Below are positions 25,515-34,414 of a DNA stretch of 64,000 bases, piece by piece (the stretch's first letter is position 1; each line of letters opens with the position of its first letter). A program made the position numbers and the translations under genes. The notes under the pieces were generated by a model that worked only from the letters and a program-made list of their open reading frames with translations, was not told where the DNA came from and searched no databases. Source of the stretch: SAR86 cluster bacterium (GTDB lineage Bacteria; Pseudomonadota; Gammaproteobacteria; Magnimaribacterales; TMED112). The stretch lies in the NCBI GenBank assembly GCA_023703535.1, contig CP097967.1, positions 691,208 through 755,207 of the forward strand. The letters are read 5' to 3'.

Positions 25515-27974
25515 CTATGAATCTAAAAATTTCGAGATCTTTTTATTTAAATATCTGAAATGAGTTTTTGTATCTTTATCACTCACACCAGATTTTGTAA
25601 ATTTTTGAATCTTTTCAAGACTTTCCATGATTGCTGCTTTGGATATCTCATCGTGTTGTGGAATTTCACCGCCACCACGAGGACCTCTTGGCATTGCAGG
25701 TGCAAATGCACTCATTAAAGCATCAACATAATTTGATTGTAGGTTTCTTTTAAAAGTATTGGGCACTTCTCCTCTAATAAAGATTCCATTAAAGAGATCG
25801 TCCAAAACTTCTGAAGGCATATATTTGTTACCATATTTTGATGAATCAACAAGTCTTGTCATTACTTCAGGGTTCAAAATTTCAACTAATATTTGCCCTT
25901 GCATTTCTAAAACCATTTCGTGAAGTTGTGGTACATCATCACGATCGAAGTCTGTAAGTCTTTTCTCGGTATGAAGATTCTTAACAATTTCTGAATCAAA
26001 TTCCCAAGCATCATTTGATAGGTATCTTTTCACTATTAAATCCATTGCTTCTTTTTGTATTTCATATGGCACAGGCTCAAAAGTATTGATACTTTGTCCA
26101 TTTAGAGATCGTGTAACGTACACTCCTCCAATGTGACCTGCCACACCAGCCATAAATCTACCTTTTGATCTCATTAATCTGTAAAAAGCATTTGTGAAAT
26201 CATGTTTAGTCTCACCCTCAACATTAAATATTTCATCCAACTCTTTTATTTTCTTATCAATAGTATCGAATCTTTCAGAGGTATAAGTAATCACATCATT
26301 TGAAAGGTCCCAAGTTCTAAACCTTGGATCAATCCCATATGCCCAGTTCCAAATATAAGGAGCTTCAACTGATTTGGATAGAAGTATTTCTCTTTCTTCA
26401 TCAGTCATATTAGGCTTATAGCCAAATTCAATGGCCCATTTATCATATTCACCAGGCTCAATAGAAAAGAACCTACCTTGTTTAACTCCCTCTGGAGCAA
26501 TATTTGGAGGATCGTAGTCCATTATTGAAGATAGAGTGGCATTTCCTGTTATTGATACATCATGAATTTCTCTGGGTCCATGAAGATAACTTGCGTTAAA
26601 GTTGTGTATTAAAGCTAAAGTGTGACCAACTTCATGAAGTGTGAGATTAATGATCCATTGTTCTAAAGGGTCATTTTCTTCATCATATCCCCATAATTTT
26701 CTCAAAAGATATCCAGATTTAATCGCTGAGAATTCAAGCATTATATCTGAAGCAATAATTTCACCGGTTTTTGGGTTTGCAATACTTGGCCCATAACCAG
26801 CTAGACCGGAAGGCTCGGGTGAATGAGCCCATCTGACAACGTTATATTGAACGTCACCCGCATCCCACTCAGCATCATCAGGCTGAATCTTAGCAACAAT
26901 AGCATTTTTAAAACCAGCTCTTTCAAATGCTATATTCCATCTTTCTATTCCCTCTACAACAAATGGTTTAATTTCTTCAGGAGTTGAATTTTCTACCCAA
27001 AAAACTATTGGTTCAACCGGTTCAGAAAGTTCTACCTCTGGGTCTTTTTTCACAAGTCTCCATTTATTAATGACGTCTCTTGCGGGATAAGAGTCATAAG
27101 AGGATAAATCAGTTATTCTTGCAGAATAGAAGCCTACTCTTTCATCAGCTAGTCTAGGTACGAAATTGTCATCAGGCATTTCAACAAAGAGATGACTCAT
27201 TTTGACAGATGTATATCTATCATCAGCTACAGAATATATATCTGACGATCCTGAAGGCATTGGGTTAAAAAATCCAAAATTTACCTCGATATTTGTATTC
27301 TTCTCATAATTCTTTACTTTTTCGACAAAAGTTTTACTTGGGTCAGGTTTGCCAAGATCAAGCTCAAGAAAATCTCTGTATTCAGGTGGAATATTTGGCG
27401 ATACAGCGGTAAGCATTTCGGATAGAAAAACTTTTGAAAAAGGCAGAAGATACCTTCCCTCCTCTTCAACTACACTTTTGAATCTACCAATAAAGGCATC
27501 AAAAATTGCAGTCAATTTTCTTTTGGAAATATTATTTTCTGTTTCGTTCGAAAAATTTGTATTTTTCTTGTAGAGGGCGAGCCCATCCTTAAATTTCCTA
27601 AATTCCAATACTATTCCATTACCTATTAATCTATCGCCTTTCATTTCTCCTGACATTACACCGGAACCTGTTGGAGCATTAAGAATATAAGCGAAGTAGA
27701 GAAACTCTTTATTTAAATCATTTTCACTAAGCTCTAAAAAATATGTATCTTTTTCAGTATCTTTATAAAGTTTTAAAAAACCATCAATTTCCTCAAATTC
27801 ACCATCTTCAAGAAAGTCTTCAACAGTTTCAAATTCATTCATCTCTTTCATTGCTTTTTTCATTTCTTCAGGTGAAAGAGGCTTACCATCATCTCCTCTG
27901 GGCATTGCGCTAAGAGAATTAGTAAAAAATAAAATTGTTGTGAATATAAATATTATTAAATTGATTTTTTTCAT
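25515..27974 (-). CDS. secreted zinc-dependent metalloprotease (large DUF5117/DUF4953-type)
   Basis: 819 aa with a signal peptide and the HExxH site TLHEVGHTLALIHNF. Confidence 0.75.
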   Translation of the reverse strand: MKKINLIIFIFTTILFFTNSLSAMPRGDDGKPLSPEEMKKAMKEMNEFETVEDFLEDGEFEEIDGFLKLYKDTEKDTYFLELSENDLNKEFLYFAYILNAPTGSGVMSGEMKGDRLIGNGIVLEFRKFKDGLALYKKNTNFSNETENNISKRKLTAIFDAFIGRFKSVVEEEGRYLLPFSKVFLSEMLTAVSPNIPPEYRDFLELDLGKPDPSKTFVEKVKNYEKNTNIEVNFGFFNPMPSGSSDIYSVADDRYTSVKMSHLFVEMPDDNFVPRLADERVGFYSARITDLSSYDSYPARDVINKWRLVKKDPEVELSEPVEPIVFWVENSTPEEIKPFVVEGIERWNIAFERAGFKNAIVAKIQPDDAEWDAGDVQYNVVRWAHSPEPSGLAGYGPSIANPKTGEIIASDIMLEFSAIKSGYLLRKLWGYDEENDPLEQWIINLTLHEVGHTLALIHNFNASYLHGPREIHDVSITGNATLSSIMDYDPPNIAPEGVKQGRFFSIEPGEYDKWAIEFGYKPNMTDEEREILLSKSVEAPYIWNWAYGIDPRFRTWDLSNDVITYTSERFDTIDKKIKELDEIFNVEGETKHDFTNAFYRLMRSKGRFMAGVAGHIGGVYVTRSLNGQSINTFEPVPYEIQKEAMDLIVKRYLSNDAWEFDSEIVKNLHTEKRLTDFDRDDVPQLHEMVLEMQGQILVEILNPEVMTRLVDSSKYGNKYMPSEVLDDLFNGIFIRGEVPNTFKRNLQSNYVDALMSAFAPAMPRGPRGGGEIPQHDEISKAAIMESLEKIQKFTKSGVSDKDTKTHFRYLNKKISKFLDS

Positions 27975-28055
27975 TTCTGCTCCATTTACTAAGTAGCTAA
28001 AAAGTTATTTGAACAATCTTTTTAAAGCGATGTAAGATTAACATATTTAAGGCAT

Positions 28056-29147
28056 ATGAAAAAAATTTTATTAATAGCAGTCTTGATTTTCTCAGCTCAA
28101 ATAATTGCATTATCAGATAGACTTTCAGTTCCTGAGGGCTTCCAGGTAGATGTTTTCTCTAGCGACATTAAAAATCCTAGACAAATGGCCTTGGGCAGTG
28201 ATTTTCTTTTTGTTGGAACGAAAGAGGCTGGTGTTGTGTATGCGCTTCCAAAATCAAACCCTGAAGAAAAAATTGAAATACTAACGGAGTTAAATTCACC
28301 TACCGGTGTTGCCCTTCACAATGGAGACCTATATGTTGCAGAAATAGATAAGATTATCAAAATCGATAACATCGAAATGTCATTAAAGACTGGCGATATT
28401 AAATCAGAAATTTATTTTGAAAACCTACCAAGAAAGAAGATGTTTAACCCATTAAAAAAAATGTGGCATGGGTGGAAATGGATAGCTTTTGGGCCAGATG
28501 ACAAACTTTATTTATCTGAAGGTGTTCCATGCAATGTGTGTGAGGAAAAAGATGAAAGATTTGGTTCTATCCTGCAGATTCATGATGGAAATTATGAAAT
28601 TTATGCAGATGGTGTAAGAAACAGCGTTGGTTTTGCCTGGCACCCAATTAGTGAAAAAATGTATTTTACAGATAACGGAAGAGATTGGATGGGTGATGAT
28701 ATTCCTCCGTGTGAACTCAATAAAGTTTCTTATAAAGGTGAACATTTTGGATTTCCATATTTTCATGGAAATGATATTCCTGATGATAGCTTTAATGCAC
28801 CTGATGACTTTAGCTATACAAAGCCAGTCTGGGGCTTCCAAGCTCATACTGCTCCATTAGGAATTGATTTTTACACAGGAAATATGTTTCCTGAAAAATA
28901 TAAGAATGGTGCATTTATTGCACAACGTGGCTCTTGGAATCGATCAAAGAAAGTTGGTTACAGAGTTCTTTTTGCAGAATTTAAAGATGATGAAATTGCA
29001 TCTATGGAGGTTTTTGTTGATGGGTGGCTGGATGGCGAAACTTCTCTAGGTAGGCCGTCTTCAGTTTTGATGTATGATGATGGTTCTTTATTAGTATCAG
29101 ATGATACTGCTAATAAAATTTTTAAGATTTCTTACTCTGTTAATTAA
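28056..29147 (+). CDS. PQQ-dependent sugar (sorbosone/aldose) dehydrogenase family beta-propeller
   Basis: 363 aa with a signal peptide. Sequence is GSDH-like (PEGFQVDVF, NPRQMA, DNGRDWMGDDIPPCELN, GFPYFHG). Confidence 0.7.
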   Translation: MKKILLIAVLIFSAQIIALSDRLSVPEGFQVDVFSSDIKNPRQMALGSDFLFVGTKEAGVVYALPKSNPEEKIEILTELNSPTGVALHNGDLYVAEIDKIIKIDNIEMSLKTGDIKSEIYFENLPRKKMFNPLKKMWHGWKWIAFGPDDKLYLSEGVPCNVCEEKDERFGSILQIHDGNYEIYADGVRNSVGFAWHPISEKMYFTDNGRDWMGDDIPPCELNKVSYKGEHFGFPYFHGNDIPDDSFNAPDDFSYTKPVWGFQAHTAPLGIDFYTGNMFPEKYKNGAFIAQRGSWNRSKKVGYRVLFAEFKDDEIASMEVFVDGWLDGETSLGRPSSVLMYDDGSLLVSDDTANKIFKISYSVN

Positions 29148-30195
29148 TCTCACTAATCAAAATTTCTTTTGAATTTGAAGGTAAAACTACCATGGTACCG
29201 TCTGTTGAAGCTGTCCAATTTTCAATAGCCTCATCGACGCCTTCAAAAAAGAATTTATCAGACAAAAACCTGATTTCAGTTGGCAGTGTAGGAGTAAGAT
29301 GATAATAAACAAGGTGCCTTACACCTGCTTTATTTGCCAAATCTACGGCATCAAGAGGAGAAATATGATAATCAAGAATATCTACAAGAATTTTTTTAAG
29401 TTTCGCGTCATTTTGTTGTTCAGCAACCTTAATGAATCTGTCCACTATATCTGGAGAGATTACCTCGCAAAAAAGGACATCAGCATCTTTAAAAGATTTG
29501 ATAAGCTCAGAATCGTACCTCGTATCACCACTTATGACTAGGACTCTTTCTTTATATTCAAATTTATAACCTAGAGCAGGTTCAATTGGCTCATGAAAAA
29601 CTTTAAATGCTGATATTTTTAAATTATCATCCTCAAAAATTACCGAGCCATCTTCAATCTCTTTAGCTGTCATGCCACCAGTTAATGGATCAGCAATTTG
29701 ATTACCATGATGTAAATATCTGAAATTACTATCTCGAGAAAAGGCTAGGTTGTATCCTGAAACAACATCATTAATACCCTCAGGTCCAAATACTTCTAAT
29801 TGCTGCTTTCTATCTCTTGTAACCCATGTGACTAAATTTAGATCGCCTAAATCTGCAATATGATCAGAATGGAGGTGAGTAATCAAAACTCCATTAATAT
29901 CCTCTAATAGGTCACTACTCCATGTCATTAGGTTATTTACACTCCCATTGCCAATATCTACTACATATTTTTTATCACCTGCTTTAACAAGCAAGCAAGT
30001 TTGTGCAACAGCAGTTCCTAATGGTGAGCCCGAACCACAAACTAAAACTGACAAAGCATCTTCTTCAGGAAATATCTGATTATTTTCAATTCCACTCTTT
30101 ATCAACATATTTAGTATGTTGCTCTGAACATATGAGGAGCTAAAAATACCAAAAGTAATAATGAGTACAAAAATTGTGATTAGAATTTTTTTCAT
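29140..30195 (-). CDS. MBL-fold metallo-hydrolase (RNase Z/ElaC-like), secreted or membrane anchored
   Basis: 351 aa with an N-terminal hydrophobic segment and the metal motif ITHLHSDHIADLGD. Confidence 0.8.
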   Translation of the reverse strand: MKKILITIFVLIITFGIFSSSYVQSNILNMLIKSGIENNQIFPEEDALSVLVCGSGSPLGTAVAQTCLLVKAGDKKYVVDIGNGSVNNLMTWSSDLLEDINGVLITHLHSDHIADLGDLNLVTWVTRDRKQQLEVFGPEGINDVVSGYNLAFSRDSNFRYLHHGNQIADPLTGGMTAKEIEDGSVIFEDDNLKISAFKVFHEPIEPALGYKFEYKERVLVISGDTRYDSELIKSFKDADVLFCEVISPDIVDRFIKVAEQQNDAKLKKILVDILDYHISPLDAVDLANKAGVRHLVYYHLTPTLPTEIRFLSDKFFFEGVDEAIENWTASTDGTMVVLPSNSKEILISEIN

Positions 30196-30653
30196 TTTGT
30201 TTTAACTTTAAAAAGAGAAATCATAAAAAATAAAGATAATAAAACTAATACTATCCATGCATATTCTTGGCCTGGAGTAATTCCAGTTTGATAAATTGGT
30301 TCAAGTGGATGTATTTTCCCGACCACTCCTACTCTGAGTATCCACTCCAGAAGCCATATTAGATAAAAAAAGGGTATAAAAACTTTATATCTGAAGATCA
30401 CTATCCAGCTGATTAAACACAATAAAACCTGCATCTCGCCCCACAGAGACCCAAACAAATAAATTAAATTATCTGGATCAGGACTTCCTTCAAAAGTGAT
30501 TATGTTTGCTATTGAATTTATACCTGCATCTTCTGAAAGGAAATGCACGAAACTTCTCCATGTATTCACAATCATGAAAATAATAAAAAAGTATAAAGCT
30601 ATCTTTGGTCCTTGGTAATTGTCATCAATTACTTTCGGCAAAAGTTTATTCAT
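30192..30653 (-). CDS. 4-TM membrane protein of unknown function
   Basis: 153 aa with four hydrophobic segments. Overlaps both neighbours by 4 nt, so it fits the operon architecture. Confidence 0.55.
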   Translation of the reverse strand: MNKLLPKVIDDNYQGPKIALYFFIIFMIVNTWRSFVHFLSEDAGINSIANIITFEGSPDPDNLIYLFGSLWGEMQVLLCLISWIVIFRYKVFIPFFYLIWLLEWILRVGVVGKIHPLEPIYQTGITPGQEYAWIVLVLLSLFFMISLFKVKTK

Positions 30654-31051
30654 TGCGTAATTATATTTAGCTGACCTTTAAGTCCTGCGCTTCTATGTTT
30701 TTCGCTTTCTATGTAATCCGAGTCAGTAAACATTTTATACATAGCAGATGCAGAGGGGTATTCTGCAATTGCAACCCATTCCCAACTCTCCTCAATTTCA
30801 CCTATTAAAAGTCCTTTAACTTCACCAAAAAATACAGTCTTCCCGCCAACTTTTTCAAGATGATTTACAACTTCAGTAGCATATATCGAGTAGGCTTCTA
30901 CTCCTGATAAGTCTGTTTTTCGACCATCTTCATATACAGCTTTATCTTTGAACTTCAACAAATTTACCATTTTTATAGGCTTATCTGTTGGAAAGTTTTT
31001 GAAGTCTTCTATTTGTGTTTTTGAGGGATATAGCTGATTAATTACTTCCAT
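30650..31051 (-). CDS. DUF1330-like dimeric alpha/beta-barrel protein
   Basis: 133 aa. Sequence resembles DUF1330 (MVNLLKFKDKAVY.., WEWVAIAEYPSASAMYKMFTDSDY). Confidence 0.65.
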   Translation of the reverse strand: MEVINQLYPSKTQIEDFKNFPTDKPIKMVNLLKFKDKAVYEDGRKTDLSGVEAYSIYATEVVNHLEKVGGKTVFFGEVKGLLIGEIEESWEWVAIAEYPSASAMYKMFTDSDYIESEKHRSAGLKGQLNIITQ

Positions 31052-32117
31052 TCATTATTCCATTTGACTTCATAAAGCTAACAATGATTTCTGAAATTTC
31101 TTTTGGTTGTGTTTCTTGACAAAAATGCCCTGCACCTTTCAAGACAGTATGATTTTGTCCCTTTGTTCCTGGACACTTTTTCAAAAACGGCTTATCCATT
31201 CCAACTGTAACAGGATCATTGTCTGCAAAGGCACACAGTAATGGTTTATCAAATTTCTCAAAAAATTTCCAAGCTTTTTTTTGTGCTTCGACTGCCGCAT
31301 CGTCAGGTAAAGTTGGAACTTGACTAGGCATTGCCCTACAAACCATTTTATAGGAACTATTTGGGAAGGGAGCATTGTATGCTTTTTCTAGATCTGAAAC
31401 TAAAGGAGAAATTCCCTCTAACCCTAATTCGTAAAACAGGCCTGATATTTTCATTTGCATTCGTGTTCTTTTTTCAAACATTGGCGCAACAAGTAGACCA
31501 GCAGGAAAATTTTTCTTGTTCAATGACCACTTTTGCCAATAAGCAAAAGCCATTGGACCAGGTTTTTTAAAGGCTCTAACAAACTCACTAGTTGTTGGAA
31601 CGTATTTAGAAGCTTTAAATTCCTTTATTTTTCTATGTGTTTCTGGATCCATATTTCTAGATAAAGGAACGCCTGTATTTGATATCACAGCTCCAGAAAA
31701 TCTATCGCCGTTATCAGCAATAACTCTTAATCCTATTAGACCGCCCCAATCTTGGCCAAAAAATGTTAATTTTTTGAAATCATTTTGTCTTATCCAGGTA
31801 TTCATCCAATCAACTTGGGTTTGATATGTGTAATCTTCAATTGAACTTGGTTTATCTGATCGACCATATCCAACTAAATCAGGTGCAATTATTCTCACTC
31901 CTGCTTTGGTGAGGTATGGAATCATTTTTCTGTAGAGATAGGACCAAACTGGCTGTCCATGCATCAAAAGTACAATGGGTCCATCTTTGGGGCCTTCATC
32001 CAAATGATGAATTCTTAGCTCAACTCCGCTCTTGTCTTTAATATTTGTATAGTTAGGCTCAAAAGGAAAGTCTTTGAGATTTTTAAATCTGTGATCTGGA
32101 GTTCTTAAAACTTTCAT
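31038..32117 (-). CDS. haloalkane dehalogenase, HLD-I (DhlA-like) alpha/beta hydrolase with enlarged cap region
   Basis: 359 aa. Closely parallels DhlA as I recall it: RTPDHRFKNLKDFPFEPNY, HHLDEG, HGQPVWSYLYRKMIP, nucleophile elbow GQDWGG, AYNAPFP..SY, AGHFCQE. Confidence 0.78.
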   Translation of the reverse strand: MKVLRTPDHRFKNLKDFPFEPNYTNIKDKSGVELRIHHLDEGPKDGPIVLLMHGQPVWSYLYRKMIPYLTKAGVRIIAPDLVGYGRSDKPSSIEDYTYQTQVDWMNTWIRQNDFKKLTFFGQDWGGLIGLRVIADNGDRFSGAVISNTGVPLSRNMDPETHRKIKEFKASKYVPTTSEFVRAFKKPGPMAFAYWQKWSLNKKNFPAGLLVAPMFEKRTRMQMKISGLFYELGLEGISPLVSDLEKAYNAPFPNSSYKMVCRAMPSQVPTLPDDAAVEAQKKAWKFFEKFDKPLLCAFADNDPVTVGMDKPFLKKCPGTKGQNHTVLKGAGHFCQETQPKEISEIIVSFMKSNGIMNGSN

Positions 32118-33340
32118 TATTTTGACTCTTGTAAAAATTTTGCAAATTCTAATCTAGCAACACTTCTTCTGTGGACCTCATCTGGACCATCTGCTAGTCG
32201 CAAGCATCTCATGAATGCGTACATCTTCGCTAAAGGAAAATCTTGTGATACACCTCCTCCGCCATGCATTTGTATCGCTCTATCAATTACATCGCATGCA
32301 ACATTTGGAGCTACAACTTTAATTTGTGCAATCTCGCTGGCAGCAACTTTATTGCCGTACTTATCCATTGCCCAAGCAGCATGCAAGGTAAGAAGTCTTG
32401 CTTGATTTATTTCCATCCTTGAATTGGCAATAACATCATAATTTCCACCCAGTTTTGCTAATTCTTTTCCGAATGCTGTTCTCTCCATTGATCGTTTACA
32501 CATGAGCTCAAAAGCAACTTCAGCAGCCCCAACTGAACGCATGCAATGGTGAATTCTGCCTGGACCTAATCTCCCTTGGGCAATTTCAAAACCTCTGCCC
32601 TCTCCTAGTACAACATTTTCATATGGTACTTTCACATTATTGAATTTAATATGTGCATGCCCATGTGGAGCATCGTCATATCCAAAGACATGCATCATTC
32701 TTTGCACTTCAACTCCTGGAGTATCTGTAGGAACTAGAATCATTGAGTGTCTTTGATGTCTCTCATTTTCTGGATTTGTGACACACATAAAAATAATTAA
32801 TTTACATCTCGGGTCTCCTGCACCAGAGGTCCACCACTTTTCACCATTAATTACCCATTCTCCATTAACCAGTTCTGCCGTTGCTTCCATATTAGTCGCG
32901 TCTGAGGAAGCTACATTAGGTTCAGTCATTCCAAATGCGGATCTTATTTCGCCACCTAAAAGAGGCTTTAACCAAGTATCTTTTTGTTCATCTGAACCAT
33001 ATCTAACCAGCACTTCCATATTTCCTGTATCTGGTGCGCTACAGTTCATAGCTTCTGAAGCAAAAACGGTTCGCCCCATTTCTTCAGCTAGATGTGCATA
33101 TTCAAAATTTGATAGCCCAGCTCCAAATTCACTATCTGGCAAAAATAGGTTCCAAAGACCCCTTTTACGTGCTTCTTTCTTAAGTTCCTCTAACTCTGGG
33201 TGTGGCTTCCATCTGTCTTTTTCAGGTATTTCTTTTCCATGAATTTTCGCTTCTACAGGCAAAACTACTTCTTCAACAAATTCCTTTACTTTTGGAAGGT
33301 AAAAATCGATTTTTTCTGTGGTTTCAAATTGCATTTTCAA
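32117..33340 (-). CDS. acyl-CoA dehydrogenase (ACAD10/11-like subfamily)
   Basis: 407 aa with the motifs [31 protein letters not shown] and [19 protein letters not shown]. The track start is TTG 33340; ATG at 33334 is an alternative. Confidence 0.9.
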   Translation of the reverse strand: MKMQFETTEKIDFYLPKVKEFVEEVVLPVEAKIHGKEIPEKDRWKPHPELEELKKEARKRGLWNLFLPDSEFGAGLSNFEYAHLAEEMGRTVFASEAMNCSAPDTGNMEVLVRYGSDEQKDTWLKPLLGGEIRSAFGMTEPNVASSDATNMEATAELVNGEWVINGEKWWTSGAGDPRCKLIIFMCVTNPENERHQRHSMILVPTDTPGVEVQRMMHVFGYDDAPHGHAHIKFNNVKVPYENVVLGEGRGFEIAQGRLGPGRIHHCMRSVGAAEVAFELMCKRSMERTAFGKELAKLGGNYDVIANSRMEINQARLLTLHAAWAMDKYGNKVAASEIAQIKVVAPNVACDVIDRAIQMHGGGGVSQDFPLAKMYAFMRCLRLADGPDEVHRRSVARLEFAKFLQESK

Positions 33341-33366
33341 TATATAAAAAAAATTTCTTAAATACT

Positions 33367-33396
33367 ATAAATGTTATTTATAATATGTAATTACAT
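33367..33396. promoter_or_regulatory. two palindromes in the LysR/ACAD divergent spacer (ATAAAT-GTT-ATTTAT = T-N11-A box; ATGTAATTACAT)
   Basis: 33367-33381 fits the LysR T-N11-A dyad and 33385-33396 is a perfect 12-bp palindrome. Both sit 22-51 bp upstream of the LysR ATG. The background is AT-rich, so chance is not excluded. Confidence 0.3.
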
Positions 33397-33417
33397 TTAT
33401 AATTATAATTCATACTT

Positions 33418-34323
33418 ATGAAGTTAAATAATTTAGACCTAAATTTATTAGTAGTATTTAATGCCATTTATACAGAAGGCAGCCTTACAAAAGCAGGTGA
33501 GATTGTAGGCATAACCCAACCAGCAGTAAGTAGTGCTCTTTCAAAACTCCGTGAATATTTTGATGATCAGCTTTTCATAAGAGTTGGTCAGGGAGTGAAG
33601 CCAACTGCAAAGACTGAAAATATCATTATTCATGTGAGAGATGCCCTGTCTATACTTCAAAAAAGTATTGAGAGGCCAGAGTCTTTTGATCCAGCTGTAT
33701 CTAGTAGAACTTTTCGCTTATCACTCAATGATGTTTCTGAAGGTCGAGTGCTACCAATTCTAATGACAAAGATTAGGAAAGTAGCACCTAATGTAAAGGT
33801 ATCGAGTTATTACACAATGAGAGAAGATTTACTTCATTCGTTGGCAGCAAATGAAGTTAATTTTGCTGTTGATCCTTTTCCTCCATCTGAAACAGATATT
33901 AAAAAAGAAATAATATTTGAAGATGAATTTGTTTGTGGATTTAGGAAGGATCATCCTTTAGCCAGTTCAAAAAATTTGTCTATTGACCAGTACCTAGAGT
34001 TAGATCATATCCATATTTCAGGAAGAAGAACTGGAGGAGCTTTAGTTGATAATGCACTCTCAAAATTACAAGTTGAAAGGAGAGTTATTCTTCGTGCACA
34101 ACATTACTTAATCACACCTGAAATACTTAAAAATTCAGATATGGTTTTAACATGTACTAAGGCATTCGCTAAGAAACATAAACTTGCTTTTAAAACTCTT
34201 CCATTCGAGGTTGCGCCTTCACAGTTTTTTCTTGCATGGCACGAATCAAATGATAATGACCCTGGTCATATATGGCTTAAATCTTTAATAAAAGAATCTT
34301 TCCAAGAAGCAAAACTAAAGTAA
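33418..34323 (+). CDS. LysR-family transcriptional regulator
   Basis: 301 aa with an N-terminal wHTH (LNLLVVFNAIYTEGSLTKAGEIVGITQPAVSSALSKLR) and a LysR substrate-binding domain. Confidence 0.9.
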   Translation: MKLNNLDLNLLVVFNAIYTEGSLTKAGEIVGITQPAVSSALSKLREYFDDQLFIRVGQGVKPTAKTENIIIHVRDALSILQKSIERPESFDPAVSSRTFRLSLNDVSEGRVLPILMTKIRKVAPNVKVSSYYTMREDLLHSLAANEVNFAVDPFPPSETDIKKEIIFEDEFVCGFRKDHPLASSKNLSIDQYLELDHIHISGRRTGGALVDNALSKLQVERRVILRAQHYLITPEILKNSDMVLTCTKAFAKKHKLAFKTLPFEVAPSQFFLAWHESNDNDPGHIWLKSLIKESFQEAKLK

Positions 34324-34340
34324 AAACGGTTTAGTAATCC

Positions 34341-34414
34341 AACATTTTTCAAGAAGAAAAGTTAAAATATCCCTGCTAACATTTTTCAAGAAGAAAAGTT
34401 AAAATATCCCTGCT
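34341..34414 (+). repeat. perfect 2 x 37-bp tandem direct repeat ending at the putA ATG
   Basis: AACATTTTTCAAGAAGAAAAGTTAAAATATCCCTGCT occurs at 34341-34377 and again at 34378-34414 with no mismatch. The ATG follows at 34415. Confidence 0.95.
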
